The notes below the pieces were generated by a model. That model made no database searches. It saw only the letters and a list, made by a program, of their open reading frames with translations, and was not told where the DNA came from. This document shows positions 49,662 through 63,066 of a DNA stretch of 64,000 nucleotides, in pieces; position 1 is the stretch's first letter, and every line of letters starts with the position of its first letter. Source of the DNA: Octopus bimaculoides (taxonomy: Eukaryota); the NCBI RefSeq assembly GCF_001194135.2, contig NC_068982.1, positions 63,501,608 through 63,565,607 on the forward strand. The letters run 5' to 3'. The translations under genes were made by a program, and so were the position numbers.

Positions 49662-51348
49662 AGAATTAATGTTATTTTCGGACTCTTTATATATCTGCGT
49701 TATACACGGATACTAAATAATACTATCTTCAAGTGTTTTATCTTGCATCCCATTACGAGCACTTATAAGTAGATCGCGAATTACACTGAATGGGATTAAA
49801 ACAAAATTAGTTCTAATAACTCTTTCAGATTCATCAAACTTAATAAGTCATAAATATTGGTATTGTCAGGTAAAGAATTTGGGGTAGATTTTTAACTAAG
49901 GTTAAAGAACTGATCCACTTGACCTTATGGAATACTACATTTTGATATCAATGATTATATTCATTGATTACTAAAACACTTCTTATTAGAGCTTTAAATA
50001 TAGAAGATGATTCATATATAATATAACATAAGCTACGAACAAATCTTATATATTATATTCACTCCATTTGAATTTTAAAACTAACTACGATTGGTTTTGA
50101 AAGCACCCTATGATGGAGGTGTTTGAGAACCCACGAAACTAAAGAATAATGGAAAGAGACAATGGATGGATGGATGGATGGATGGATGAATTTTAAATTT
50201 CTATGTTTTTTTAATGTAAGCATGGTACGAATGATTTCACTGAGATCAAGTGACTTCAGTGGCTTATTAATATTCTCCCTCCGAGGTCGACTTTGCCTTT
50301 CATCTTTTCGGGGTTGATAAATTAAGTACGTGTTGCGTACAAGGATCGATCTAATCGACTGGCAAAATTTCGGGCCTTGTGCCTAGAGTAGAAAAGAATA
50401 AAAAAGAATATTCTCTATCCTAAAATCTAGCTCTCCATATACAGATTATACAGAGACAGCGGTCATTAAATGCTTAAAAATCATTACTCTTAGCATACTG
50501 TAAATTTCTTACATGTTATCCTTAGCTTTTATTTTACTAATAGCAGCTCTTAATTGAAATCTATTCATTGATGCACAGGATGATAACGCTACGAAAGGCA
50601 TCTCTTTTTTTATTGAAACCTCTTTGTAGCCATTTTTAATTATCATAAGACTACAGCATTTTATGTATTATATTGTGTATCTAGACTACTTTACAGCTCT
50701 TTCCCTAAGAAGTTAAAAATTTTAGACTGTTAGCCATAAATACTATTTTCTTTGGCCGTGTGGTATAGAGACATTTTCGTCACAAGACTCTGACGTGGAT
50801 TATGATCAATATGAGCCATACGTATCACCAATGTTTTGTATGAAACTGATTTTAACATCATAAACATCCAGACACATTTCGCAACACCTGCTAATTATGA
50901 CATTGAAGAAGATTTATATGGTCTGCAACACTATACTCTACATTGAGAAGCAACAAAAACATTAAAGAAGAGAACAAGAATGTAAAAACTGGACAGATGC
51001 CTTCGACGTTGAATAGACAAAACGATATTAATGATTCAGGCTTTACCAATTACATAGCTACGATGACTGCATATGGTTTAAAGTTTAAGCCGAAAAGATA
51101 TAGACGTCGAACGAGCAGGCTGCATAACTAACTGGAACAAGCAGAGAATTAATGTTTTTTCGGACACTTTAAATATTTGGATTATGTACCCATATAAATA
51201 ATACTATATTCAACTGTTTTATCTTGTATTCAATTACAAGCACTTATAAATAGATCTTGAAACACACTGAATGGAATTAAAACAAAGTTAATTCTAATAA
51301 CTCTTTCAGATTTATCTACTCAATAAATCGTAGATATAGGTGCTATCA
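49662..51348. repeat. Pair of about 205-bp diverged direct repeats (49662-49868, 51145-51348)
   Basis: Shared blocks AGAATTAATGTT, ATAATACTAT, GCACTTATAA, ACACTGAATGG, TTCTAATAACTCTTTCAGATT. Confidence 0.75.
50275..50402 (+). mobile_element. Nin/Deu-core SINE, 5'-truncated
   Basis: CCGAGGTCGACTTTGCCTTTCATCTTTTCGGGGTTGATAAATTAAGTAC...GCCTAGAGTAGAAAAGAATA. Confidence 0.85.
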
Positions 51349-51814
51349 CTTTGTGGGCTTTCTCTGGACTCTAATACAAGCATATGCATCACATTTATCG
51401 TGTCTGCGTGACTTTCAAAATGCGCTGAACAAGATATAGTATACAACACTATGTTCAGCTACATAAGTATATAAGTATTATGATTCTACCGGTGCCGTCG
51501 CTATATATGAAATTATCAGACATTTACTTAGAATAATTTTCGATCCTGGCAATAATGTGTACTGTTACCTAATGTGTTTAATCTTTTTCGGTGTTATATC
51601 CAATAGACTGGACGACAGCTAACAAGCAAGCACTATCAGTAGTGACAGCGAATAATTGCAAACTTTCGTCTGGCGTTGAAATCACATTGGCTGGAGAAAA
51701 GAAGTTTAGTAGTTTATTTTTTCTGATGTTTTTTTTTCTCTCGTCCTTTGCTCAGAGTGTAGTATCTGGATTCATAGCCATCGTTGGCTCTGCGAAACTG
51801 GAGAAATCTATGTA

Positions 51815-53093
51815 TCAGGTCATCTCATAAGTTCTGCCCAAAGTTTGAATAAAGAAAACAAGTGATCCAATATTATATTTAATTGAAGTTTAATCATCAA
51901 TGTACTTTCCCTGATTATCTATGACTTCCTTCCATCTATTTACAAGCTTTTTAATCCCATCAATGTAAAGCTCTTTTGTTTTCAAAGCGAAGAACTCTAA
52001 AATGTCAGTTTCGACCTCCTCCTGGCTTGCGAAAGTCTTCTAAATGATTCTGTAAACTACGAAACAAATGGTAGTCTGAAGGAGCAAGGTCGGGAGAATA
52101 AGGTGGATGAGGAACTTTTTCCCAACCAAGGTCTTCGATCTTGTGTGATGTGATCTTTGCAGTGTGGGGTCGCGCATTGTCCTGATGAAACATCACTCCT
52201 TTTCGATTCACTAAAGTGGGTCTTCAAAGCTTGGTTCAAACGCTCTAATTGCTGACAGTAGACTTGAGCATTGATTGCTGCATTAAGTGGTAACAATTCA
52301 AAGTGAATTACTCCTTTGCAATCCTACCAGATAGAGAGAACCTTTTTTTCCATGAAATTCCCTTCTTGGTTGTGGTTGAGCGTTTTCCCTTTTACCAAGC
52401 CACTGTTTACGACGTTTAACATTTCGATAGAAGGTTCATTTTCCGTCACCAGTCACAAGTCTATCCAAAGAGGGTGAAATGAGTTCGCGAGAATGGAGAA
52501 AAGAGCAGATTTCAACCCAGGATTTATGGTTGCTTTCGGACCATTCATGAGGCACCCATTTTCCAAGTTTAAGAACCTTTCCAAGTTGTTGAAGATGAGG
52601 ATGAACAGTTGTATGGTTTGAACTAAGCTTTATTGCCAATACTTCAACTGATAATGCAGGATTTTCTTCAAGTTATGCCTGAAGGAGCTTATCATCAAAC
52701 TCAACTGGACGTCCTGTTCGATCTTCATCCTCAAGGCTGAAATCCCCACTTCTGAATTTTGCAAACCATCTTCTGCAAGTTCTTTCATTCAAGCATTCTT
52801 TCCCATAAACTGAGTGTATATTTCGAGTCTTTCGAGTCGTTTCGGCAGCAGAATTTCCTTTTTTGTACTCATAAAGCACTAAGTACCTTCAATGCTCTTT
52901 GGATACTTCCGTGTTAGAAAGGGTTTTAATCAAAGAAATTTTAATTCTATTATTCTCTAAAATAATATTTAATTAGTTTAAATGTACACAGATGCATAAA
53001 CATTTTAAATTCCATTAGACATTCTAAAATACTATTAAATTTCATTTAATTTTAAAAAAGGTAAAATCGGACAGAACTTATGGGATGACCTGA
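51815..53093 (-). mobile_element. Mariner transposon, complete ends, defective transposase
   Basis: TA-TCAGGTCATCTCATAAGTTCTG...CAGAACTTATGGGATGACCTGA-TA; same family as 24357-25724; start codon ACG, frameshifts. Confidence 0.95.
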
Positions 53094-53929
53094 TAGTTAA
53101 AACTTCTATCGAATGGCTTCAAGTTGAAGGTTGTAAGAAAGATATGCGCAGAGAGAGAAGGTATTCATAGAATAACTGGGCTTCCACTTCAAACAAACGA
53201 GAGGATTATCAGAGCAAAATATAACCCTTTAAATATTATAACTAAAGCAATGCAAATATGTTTAGGTGATTAGCAGGAGTTCTCGAAACTTACTCTCATT
53301 TAGAATAGTCAAACGAACCAAATATGATAAATGTCGTATACAAAATCGATTTGCGATAACAGATCTTCTGCACAATGTACATAATGCTTCATCATCAACC
53401 TAATTTTCACAACTATTAAAATATACAGGTAGAAATGAATCTTTGCAAGTTCAAAAGAGAAGTAATCAAAATATAGAGGAACTTGCAATTTTTGCTACTA
53501 ATCTGCCACAGTAAATATTTGATGACGAGTTATATTAACAAATATTTGAAAAACTGGGGCTAATGTCTTAGAAACACTACACATTGAAACGAAGCGCTTA
53601 AGCATGCCATATATTTTAATGAAATTATCAGTTATTTGGACATTGGGTAAATCAATGCTCGAAATATCACAATGTGTTATCTTGCAATTAGCTAAGATAT
53701 ATTTGCCGGTATAATCTGGAGTTATCTCCGGTAAAACAAGAACATAGCTAACATTATAGACAAACAGGTCAACACTAATAATATAACACGAGTCGAAAAT
53801 TCAATATATAAACATACAAATAATCAGAAAAATCAGTTTCCTATTTTTACATGTTATATGGTACTACATAATAACATGATCTGTTTAATATTACATTGTA
53901 CAAGAACAAATGTTGTGTTCTAAATAATA

Positions 53930-54136
53930 ATTTCAAATTTTGGCAAAAAAACAGTAATTGTCGTAGGGTGGCGATTACATTAACACCAGTGATTAACTGG
54001 TACTTATTTTATCGATTCCGAAAGGATGAACGGCAAAGTTGACCTCGATGGAATTTGAACTCAGAACATAAACAGTTGGGAGAAATGCGTCTAAGCATTA
54101 TTGCCCGGCGTGCTCATGAGTCTCCCAGCTCACCGT
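53930..54136 (-). mobile_element. Nin/Deu-core SINE
   Basis: Plus strand AACTGGTACTTATTTTATCGATTCCGAAAGGATGAACGGCAAAGTTGACCTCG. Confidence 0.8.
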
Positions 54137-55211
54137 CGTATTGCCCTTCAATTATTAACATCTCTAATGTAGAGTTCTTCTCTAATTCGAACGGTGGTTC
54201 TTGCATTGCAGTTACTGTTACAAAACTGCGTCATCCCAGTATAATCCTTCTCCAAATATAGGAAAACTTAGATAACGATCAATCAAACCTGTTACCCGCG
54301 CTGAGTCACTTAATCATATGCTGACACAAAAGGACTATTACATGATCTTTTAATTCAAAGCGACAGTTTAAAGGAAACCACCAATTGGATGTGTTATAGA
54401 CATATGTGATTAATTAGTCTTCATATACAAATTTGTACAATACACTAAATCAGTGTATGTGAAGACAAAATGTATGCACCTGCCTTTTAGATGCAGCGTG
54501 GGCTGAAGTCTACGGACACTTTCTCTAGCACATAATAGTATTAATTCAAAACATTGTTAACATACTAGTAACTTATCAATGAAATCAAGTGCAAAAAATA
54601 CGTTACTGTATACAAATCTATATATTCAACTCACTGAAGCTCTTAACAATAGTGAATTTATAGGCAGTCCGTGGGCATTTATGCAGGTTATTCAATTGCT
54701 ATTAAGTCCCGACACAGGATTGGCACAAAGTCAAGCAAATTCTATTTCAAACGACTGGCTGCCGACAACCCAGACATACCACCTTAATTTAGTCTGCTCC
54801 TCGACGCTGGCTACTCCACAACATTATGCATCCCCTACGAACTCCTATTTTCGTCTCCATAAACATGAGGTGCACACATAAAACACACATCCAAACGTTT
54901 ATGTGCATCCACACACCTACACATGCATACATACACAGCTATGTACGCACACTCTGCCCTCTCCCTTTCCCCCTCGCACCACCAGATCTCATTCCAACGT
55001 CCAATTCTCTCCCACACACACACACATATATATGTATATACGTTTGGGTACCTCCTGGTATATATACATAATAAGGTTATGACTTTTTGAGTCTTTTGGA
55101 ATGAAACAATTTCCGATATTAAAAGTCGATGAACAATTTCATATAAATAGGGAAAATAACCTGCATTTTAAGTTGTTGAAAAAAACGTCACCCCCAACTG
55201 AAGAAATCTAA

Positions 55212-57311
55212 CACCACTTTTGATCCAAATCATGCAAGATTCTAGTAGGGTGGGGTCATTATGCCTACTCGAGTTTTTACCAAACTTGATGCGTTGACTT
55301 AATGCAATGCAGAAGCTGTATATCTCAAATTTCAGCTTTCAAGTTTAAGTAGTTTCGGTGTTAATTTGTTACCACTTAGGCCCTACTTCTGGAAATTTTC
55401 TCTTCCTCTCTTTTTTTATTTCTGTGACGTGACGCTAAAGATTCTGACTATATTAACTGTTTTTCAGAAAAGTAGGCTTATCCAACTGGAGATCTAAAAT
55501 AATGTCTCATCGGAGAAGTGCTTCTGTCACTCAAAGAAACAAAAAAATATGGACGAAGAATCTCGTGCAATTTCATGACCGACATAAGCAAAGAAGACCT
55601 ACTTCTCTAGCAGAGAATTCTTCGGAAAACAACTGCAGGATACCAATGAACTTCAAATTGTCGGTGGCTGTCTGTTCCTTGGAAATATCATCAAAGAAAG
55701 GAAAGAAAGAACAAAGGAAATTTCGAAAGAAGTAACTTCTTTATGGTACAAGAAATTAAACTTCCCATATTCATCAATTCAAAATTTACAAGCAAAATAG
55801 AAAAAGTGCTGAATACCTACGATAAATATGGAAATATGATTCATTGAAAGGAATTTTTGACATCACAAAGGAAAATGGTAAATGGTTGTGCAGTGAGGAT
55901 AGAAGGTCGTATTATCTTCAAACTAAAAGCAAGGGACAGGTTGAGTATGGAACTGGAAAGGCAGCTAGTTCCAAAACTATCCATCCATCCAAAAGAAGAA
56001 AAGTGTCCTTAATGCCAACTTCAACCAGATCAACTCCAGTGTCATCGTCAACGTCTGAAGCCGATTTCGTTGTGAATGGAATAACACCTGTTTTAGATGA
56101 ATACAATTTATGGAACTGTGTAAAGATGATGATCGCTGATACAACGAGTGTGAGCACTAGGAAAAGAAATGTCATTGTCATTCAGTTGAAAAGGCTGTTT
56201 GCTCAAAAGGGTTTGAAAGAACCACAGTTTATTTGTTGTCAGCATCATATCCTTGATAGAGTTCGTGTTGTAATGGATAACGTATCTCCCAATATGGAAT
56301 ATACATTCATCTCAGCGCTTCTAAGTATTTACGAGAAACTCCAGGCTAATTTCAACAATGGTGAAGAAAAGATTACTGGATCAGCAAGAGGGTGAGATGA
56401 CATGAAATTTCTATTTCATTTGACCAGAGTTTTTCATTTCTTTGAAGAAACCGGCAAATTTCCTACTGTAAAGTTTCAAAACATACAAGTAATGCAAGAT
56501 GGAATTCTCGAGCAATACTAGCTCTTTTGGCATTTATTCTTCTACCAGAGAAAAGAGTTTTGCTTCTCAATGTTTGTCGATTCATCTCTTACAGCTGGGC
56601 AGATTTTCGGTCTACTGACCAAATGTTCAATGCACATGGTTTTCAGAAGCCATGTGATAACCTGCAAGTTCATAAAAAAGCATTGAACTCTGTAAACAAC
56701 TTTTGGGATCGAGAACCATCAGAACTGGAAATTCCCAGAACAAATTAGAATGCAGAACGTGCAATCAAGTGCCTTGAAGATCTTTATGATGTTTGTAAAA
56801 GGAGAAACTTCAGCTTCGATTTATTTTATCTAACAAAACATTTTAATTCTTTGTTATGTTTAAAAACTTGCTAACATTCAGCACTCTTTTATTATACAGT
56901 TATTTAAAATTGGAATTAAACCTATAAAGTTAAAAGTATATATTGCTTTTAACTTTGTATGCCATCGAATGCTTGTAGTGACTTCTGTATTAAAATAGCC
57001 TAGTTTTGAACCTTTGCATAGAGCAATTTCAATTCAGTAATCTTAAAAATGTATACATACACTTTTATTCCACATCTCTCTTGCGTTTACAAGGATTTAG
57101 GCAGCAGAAATACTGAAGTGGGAATCTAGTGCCACCTAGCGATTATAGTTTTAAAAGCCCATAACTCCGAAACTACTTCAACTAGAAAGCTGAAATTTCA
57201 GATATACTATTTCTGCAATGCATTGAATCAGCATACCAAGTTTGGTAAAAACTTGAGCAGGCGTTATGAACCCCACCCTAGGATTTTGCATTATTTGGGT
57301 CAAAAGTGGTG
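55212..57311 (+). mobile_element. DNA transposon with about 150-bp imperfect TIRs and a decayed hAT-like (hATm-type) transposase
   Basis: 55212-55363 inverted against 57162-57311; ADTTSVST, CCQHHILD, NARWNSRAILA, PRTN*NAERAIK; superfamily assignment from remembered motif pattern only. Confidence 0.7.
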
Positions 57312-57842
57312 ATCGATTACTTNNNNNNNNNNNNNNNNNNNNNNNNNNNNNNNNNNNNNNNNNNNNNNNNNNNNNNNNNNNNNNNNNNNNNNNNNNNNNN
57401 NNNNNNNNNNNNNNNNNNNNNNNNNNNNNNNNNNNNNNNNNNNNNNNNNNNNNNNNNNNNNNNNNNNNNNNNNNNNNNNNNNNNNNNNNNNNNNNNNNNN
57501 NNNNNNNNNNNNNNNNNNNNNNNNNNNNNNNNNNNNNNNNNNNNNNNNNNNNNNNNNNNNNNNNNNNNNNNNNNNNNNNNNNNNNNNNNNNNNNNNNNNN
57601 NNNNNNNNNNNNNNNNNNNNNNNNNNNNNNNNNNNNNNNNNNNNNNNNNNNNNNNNNNNNNNNNNNNNNNNNNNNNNNNNNNNNNNNNNNNNNNNNNNNN
57701 NNNNNNNNNNNNNNNNNNNNNNNNNNNNNNNNNNNNNNNNNNNNNNNNNNNNNNNNNNNNNNNNNNNNNNNNNNNNNNNNNNNNNNNNNNNNNNNNNNNN
57801 NNNNNNNNNNNNNNNNNNNNNNNNNNNNNNNNNNNNNNNNNN

Positions 57843-57914
<72 letters not shown>

Positions 57915-59626
57915 AAACAACACTCCCTCATTTTCCAAAGGTTCATTCCTTCTTAGCCTTCTATTAATCTTTTCGTGCTTCATTTTCTCTCTTTCAAACG
58001 TCGAACAACCACTGCACTCTCTTCCTCTATCCATCACAGTCTTGTGCCTCCCTCACCTAATCAACAACTGGTTGCGTATGTACATATGTATTTGTACACA
58101 TACACACAAATACAGACACATACACGCGCGCTAAAAACAAGCGTGCATCTATATATTTTCCCAGACAAACACGCATACGCACACACGTTAAAACTCAAAT
58201 GCGAAAATGCATATACTTACATACATGCCTATGCTCTTCAAGATATACACACACGTATTCATTCGTTTACGCACCAATGCAAGAATGCACACACTTACGC
58301 ACACACTCACTCATATATGCTATATATACATAGGCGCGCGCACTCTCATATATGCATTCTAAATACGTTTGCGCCCGCACACGTAGTTAGTAGGCACTAG
58401 TACAACGTATTCACGCGCTCATATATACATACATACACACACAAAACCAATAGCACACACACATCCACGCTTTCATACATCTGGTATACACTCACAAACA
58501 CGCATACGCACGCACACACACACACACACACACGCACATACACTTATACATGAGCCTTGCTTCTGCTGGGTTCCAGACGATTAGACGCCACTAGTCGCGC
58601 GGTCTACGAAATAACTCTTTCTAACGGAACAATAACAACCCATTTTCAAGTAGCCATCTTGGACTTCATGTACCTCTCCATTTGATAATCTGATCTTGAG
58701 TGAGTTAGGTTTCTGTAAGAAGTCCACGAAACTTTAAGTCTCGTGGAGTCGAATCAAACGGTTTTACATAATGATACAATTANNNNNNNNNNNNNNNNNN
58801 NNNNNNNNNNNNNNNNNNNNNNNNNNNNNNNNNNNNNNNNNNNNNNNNNNNNNNNNNNNNNNNNNNNNNNNNNNNNNNNNNNNNNNNNNNNNNNNNNNNN
58901 NNNNNNNNNNNNNNNNNNNNNNNNNNNNNNNNNNNNNNNNNNNNNNNNNNNNNNNNNNNNNNNNNNNNNNNNNNNNNNNNNNNNNNNNNNNNNNNNNNNN
59001 NNNNNNNNNNNNNNNNNNNNNNNNNNNNNNNNNNNNNNNNNNNNNNNNNNNNNNNNNNNNNNNNNNNNNNNNNNNNNNNNNNNNNNNNNNNNNNNNNNNN
59101 NNNNNNNNNNNNNNNNNNNNNNNNNNNNNNNNNNNNNNNNNNNNNNNNNNNNNNNNNNNGCGCGTGTGTGTATAGGTATGTATCTATGTGTTTGAATCTT
59201 TGTATTCATGTTGGTCGTCCACCGTCGCCTGAAAACCGGTTCGTCAAAAAGAGACCGATAGAAAAAGTATCAGGTTCAAAAGTAAGTACCAGGGTAAATG
59301 TGTTCGACTAAACTCAATCAGGTGGTGCACCAGCTTGTATGCACTCCAAAGACTGAAGCAAGGAAAAGATAAAGATTTTAACAAATAGCTATTTCCTACA
59401 CAAAGTTATCGAAATATTCTTTCTCTTACTTTTAACTCAGAGCTAACGTAGAATTTATACGTGAAGATTAGTTAATTTAAATCAAAAACATTAGCATTCT
59501 TTCTGAATAGTGTCTTCTGAAGATTATCTAGTTATGTCTGTGTTAACATAGTGAAATGAGCCAAAAAAAGAAAACAAAAACAATTGGGTATTACTATAAA
59601 CTACATCCAGTAGTAGGATAATGGGG

Positions 59627-60248
59627 CCATGGTTCCGGGTTCAGTCCTACTGCGTGGGACCTTCGGCAAGTGTCTTCTACTATAGGCGGCGAGCTGGCAG
59701 AAACGTTAGCATGCCGGGCGAAATGCTTAGCGGTATTTCGTTTGGCGTTACGTTCTGAGTTCAAATTCCGCCGAGGTCGACTTTGCCTTTCATCCTTTTG
59801 AGGTCGATAAATTGAGTACCAGTTACGCACTGGGGTCGATGTAATCGACTTAATCCCTTTGTCTGTCTTTGTTTGTCCCCTCTACGTTTGGCCCCTTGTG
59901 GGCAATAAACAAATAAGTGTCTTCTACTATAGCCTCGGGCCGGCCAAAGCCTTGTCAGTGGATTTGGTAGAGGGAAACTGAAAAAAGCCTGTAGTATATA
60001 TGTATATATATGTGAGTGTGTGTGTGTGTGTGCATGGTTGTGTGTCTGTGATTGTCCGCCCAACATCGCTTGACAACCGATGTTGGTGTGTTTACGTCCT
60101 CGTAACTTAGCGGTTCGACAAATAACCCGATAGCATAAGTACTAGGCTTACAAAGAATAAGTCCTGGGGTCGATTTGCTCGATTAAAGGCGGTGCTCCAG
60201 CATGGCCACAGTCAAATGACTGAAACAAGTAAAAGAGCAAAAGAGTAA
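59627..60248 (+). mobile_element. tRNA-derived SINE (5'-truncated) interrupted by a nested SINE
   Basis: Matches the inverted copy at 60278-60776; internal TA/TG microsatellite; tail GGCGGTGCTCCAGCATGGCCACAGTC. Confidence 0.85.
59686..59914 (+). mobile_element. Nin/Deu-core SINE nested with an 18-bp TSD
   Basis: AAGTGTCTTCTACTATAG at 59668-85 and 59915-32. Confidence 0.9.
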
Positions 60249-60277
60249 ATTAAATAGTTTCCCACAAAAATGGGAAA

Positions 60278-60776
60278 TACTTCTTTTACTTCTTTTACTT
60301 GTTTCAGTCATTTTGACTGTAGCCATGCTGGAGCACCGCCCTTTAGTCCAGCAAGTCGACTCTAGTACTTATTCTATCGGTCTCTTTTGTCGAACCGCTA
60401 AGTTACGAGAACGTAAACACACCCGCATCGGTTGTCAAGTGATGTTGGGACACACACACACAAACATACACACACACACACACAAACATACATACACACA
60501 CACGCACGCACGCACACACACACACACACACAAACATACATACACACACACACACTAACATACATACACACACACACGCACACACACACATGTATATATA
60601 TATATATATAAGACGGGCTTCTTTCAGTTTCCGTCTACCAAATCCACTCACAAGGCTTTGGTCGGCCCGAGGCTATAGTAGAAGACACTTGCCGAAGGTC
60701 CCACGCAGTGGGACTGAACCCGGAACCATGTGGTTGGTAAGCAAGCTACTTACCACTCAGCCACTCCTGCGCCTAT
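60278..60776 (-). mobile_element. Full-length tRNA-derived SINE
   Basis: Minus-strand head GGCGCAGGAGTGGCTGAGTGGTAAG...GGGTTCAGTCCC; internal CA/TA microsatellite. Confidence 0.9.
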
Positions 60777-62121
60777 AAAAAATTTCCCTCTTGAAGAGGA
60801 CAATAGTTCACTAACAAAGTCCAAATCCCACTCCCGTTAGGAAGAGGGGTACAAAAATTAGTCCAAAAAGACTACACACAGTTTGACAAAACAACGTTCA
60901 TAAAAATGCCACAATGGTCAACAAATACTGGTCAATAAGTCCTTCTCCTTTAGTTATACCCCGGTAAAACCGGGAAATAATTCAACAATGTTCAACAATA
61001 AACTTTAACGTTCAACAAATAACAATAACAATTCCAAACGGTAATCTAACGTTTTCAACAACAGCCGCAAAAAAGGTTTACCAGCAGCGAGGAAGACACG
61101 TCTGACAAAAATTCAGGAAGCAAGCTTCTTACAATACAGCCACGCCTGTTCATATATATGTGTGGAGATTTGTACATACACACTCACATATACACGCACA
61201 TACCTACATACATACATACATACATACATGTGAAAGAGACAGTGCGATATAGATATATACATATATGTATAAAACGTTTTTATAGATCTCAAAGGGCAGA
61301 TGTTTGTGTGTGAGATGTGTGGGGTCGGGGGTGCACGTGTGTGTGTGTGCGCGTGTGATTGAGTGAGTGAGTAAGAGAGAGAGAGTACATGAGTGAGTGA
61401 ATGAGTGAGTGAGTGAGTGCGTGAGTGAGTGAGTCAGTCAGTTAGTGAGGAAGTGAGTGAGCGGGTGAGTGAGTGAGTGTGTGAATATGTGTATGTGTAT
61501 GCACGTCTAGTAGATAGTGGAGACGAGTAGAAGAATGAAAAATGGAAGACAGAGCGAATGATGAAAGGGTATATTTAGATTTATTATTGTAGAATTGTAA
61601 AATCAATTTTTTGTTATTGGCCGGGGGAGAGAAATTTTCTTTTCAGTTTGTCAGCAAAGTAAAGTGTGGAACATACGCTTTGTCATTTGACAGAAGAATA
61701 TTTCGATCGATACAGAGAATAACGTTGAGAATGGTAGCAGGCCGTAAGGTAAAAATATCACTTCTGCCATGATCAATTACTGTCCAAGAATGTTTCCAAG
61801 CAACTTGGATCAATAATTCGTGTGATTGCGGTAAATACATTTTTTATTGTTTTCCTTCTTTCTCTCTTTATTTCTTTGTTTCTCTGTTTGATTTTCTTCT
61901 AGATCATAATAAAATGGTCCTTTGGGAGTCAGATGTGGATTCACCGTTTTTGGTCCGGGAAGAATTTTTTTTTTCTTTGTCAACTTGTTATGAAGAAAGA
62001 AAATAAGAATCAAAAATGACAATAATTAAATAATATAACAATTAAAAAGAGTAAAAACATTACAACAGCAGCTTCTTCTGAGAATAATGCTGATGGTGGT
62101 GGTGACGGTGGTGGTGGTAAT

Positions 62122-62330
62122 ATTAATCCTTTCTACTAAAGGCCTGAGATTTGAGGGAGCGGACAGTTCGATTACATCACCCAAGTGTTTCACTGGTACT
62201 TAATTTATGGACAACAAAAGGATGAAAAGCAAACTCGACCTCGGTGGAATTTGAATTTAGAACGTGAAGCGGGACGAAATGCCACTAAATAAATTGTCCG
62301 AAGTGCTAATAATTCTGGCAGCTTGCTGCT
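62122..62330 (-). mobile_element. Nin/Deu-core SINE
   Basis: Plus strand CACTGGTACTTAATTTATGGACAACAAAAGGATGAAAAGCAAACTCGACCTCGGTGGAATTTG. Confidence 0.8.
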
Positions 62331-62386
62331 TTAACAATAATAATAATAACAACAACAACAACAAAAACAACAACAACAACAACAAC

Positions 62387-62449
<63 letters not shown>

Positions 62450-62456
62450 TAATAAT

Positions 62457-63015
62457 AGAAATTGTCCTGATGCAATATCAGGCAGCAGCTCTTATAGCTT
62501 CTGATCTTAACTGACAGGAAGTGTTATAATGTAAATTGTTTTGTCTTGCTATAAAAGATGGGCTACAGTAGATATTCTGCTCAATACCACAGATTTGCTT
62601 TCAGTTGTTTGACCCTACCAGTTGAGCATGTCCCTTAGTGGCTGACGATATGCGCATCTCTGATCACTAGTAGAAGTAGTAGGAGACCATCATAGCCATG
62701 TGTTGAGAGGAATTCTTTGGGGTCTGGATAATTCACCTTTGGAAACATGGGTCTTTTGTTCAACAACCTTAAACTACCCTTATTCAGGGACCTTTTGAGT
62801 GGTATGGGCTATTCAACCTGAAGAAAATTCTAACTGGACCCACCTACAAGGTTATACGCTGTCTATTTCGATATATGAGATCACTATGCCGCACATATAT
62901 GGTTGTGATGCATGTGCCTGATGTACCCTTATCAGACGGGTAGTCATGATGGGTATACTGGGCTCGTATATTTTGTCCCAGTATCACTATGATGACATGC
63001 ACTGCTCTCTCACTC
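62457..63015 (+). mobile_element. About 560-bp non-coding element embedded in (AAT)n
   Basis: (AAT/AAC)n at 62336-62456 and (AAT)n at 63016-63066 flank a unique tract ending CACTGCTCTCTCACTC; orientation inferred. Confidence 0.45.

Positions 63016-63066
<51 letters not shown>

Noticed and set aside
2055-59209. Long ORFs in the track containing X runs or poly-I/N/H/CV/HT tracts
   Set aside because: They are read-throughs of N-gaps and microsatellites, not genes
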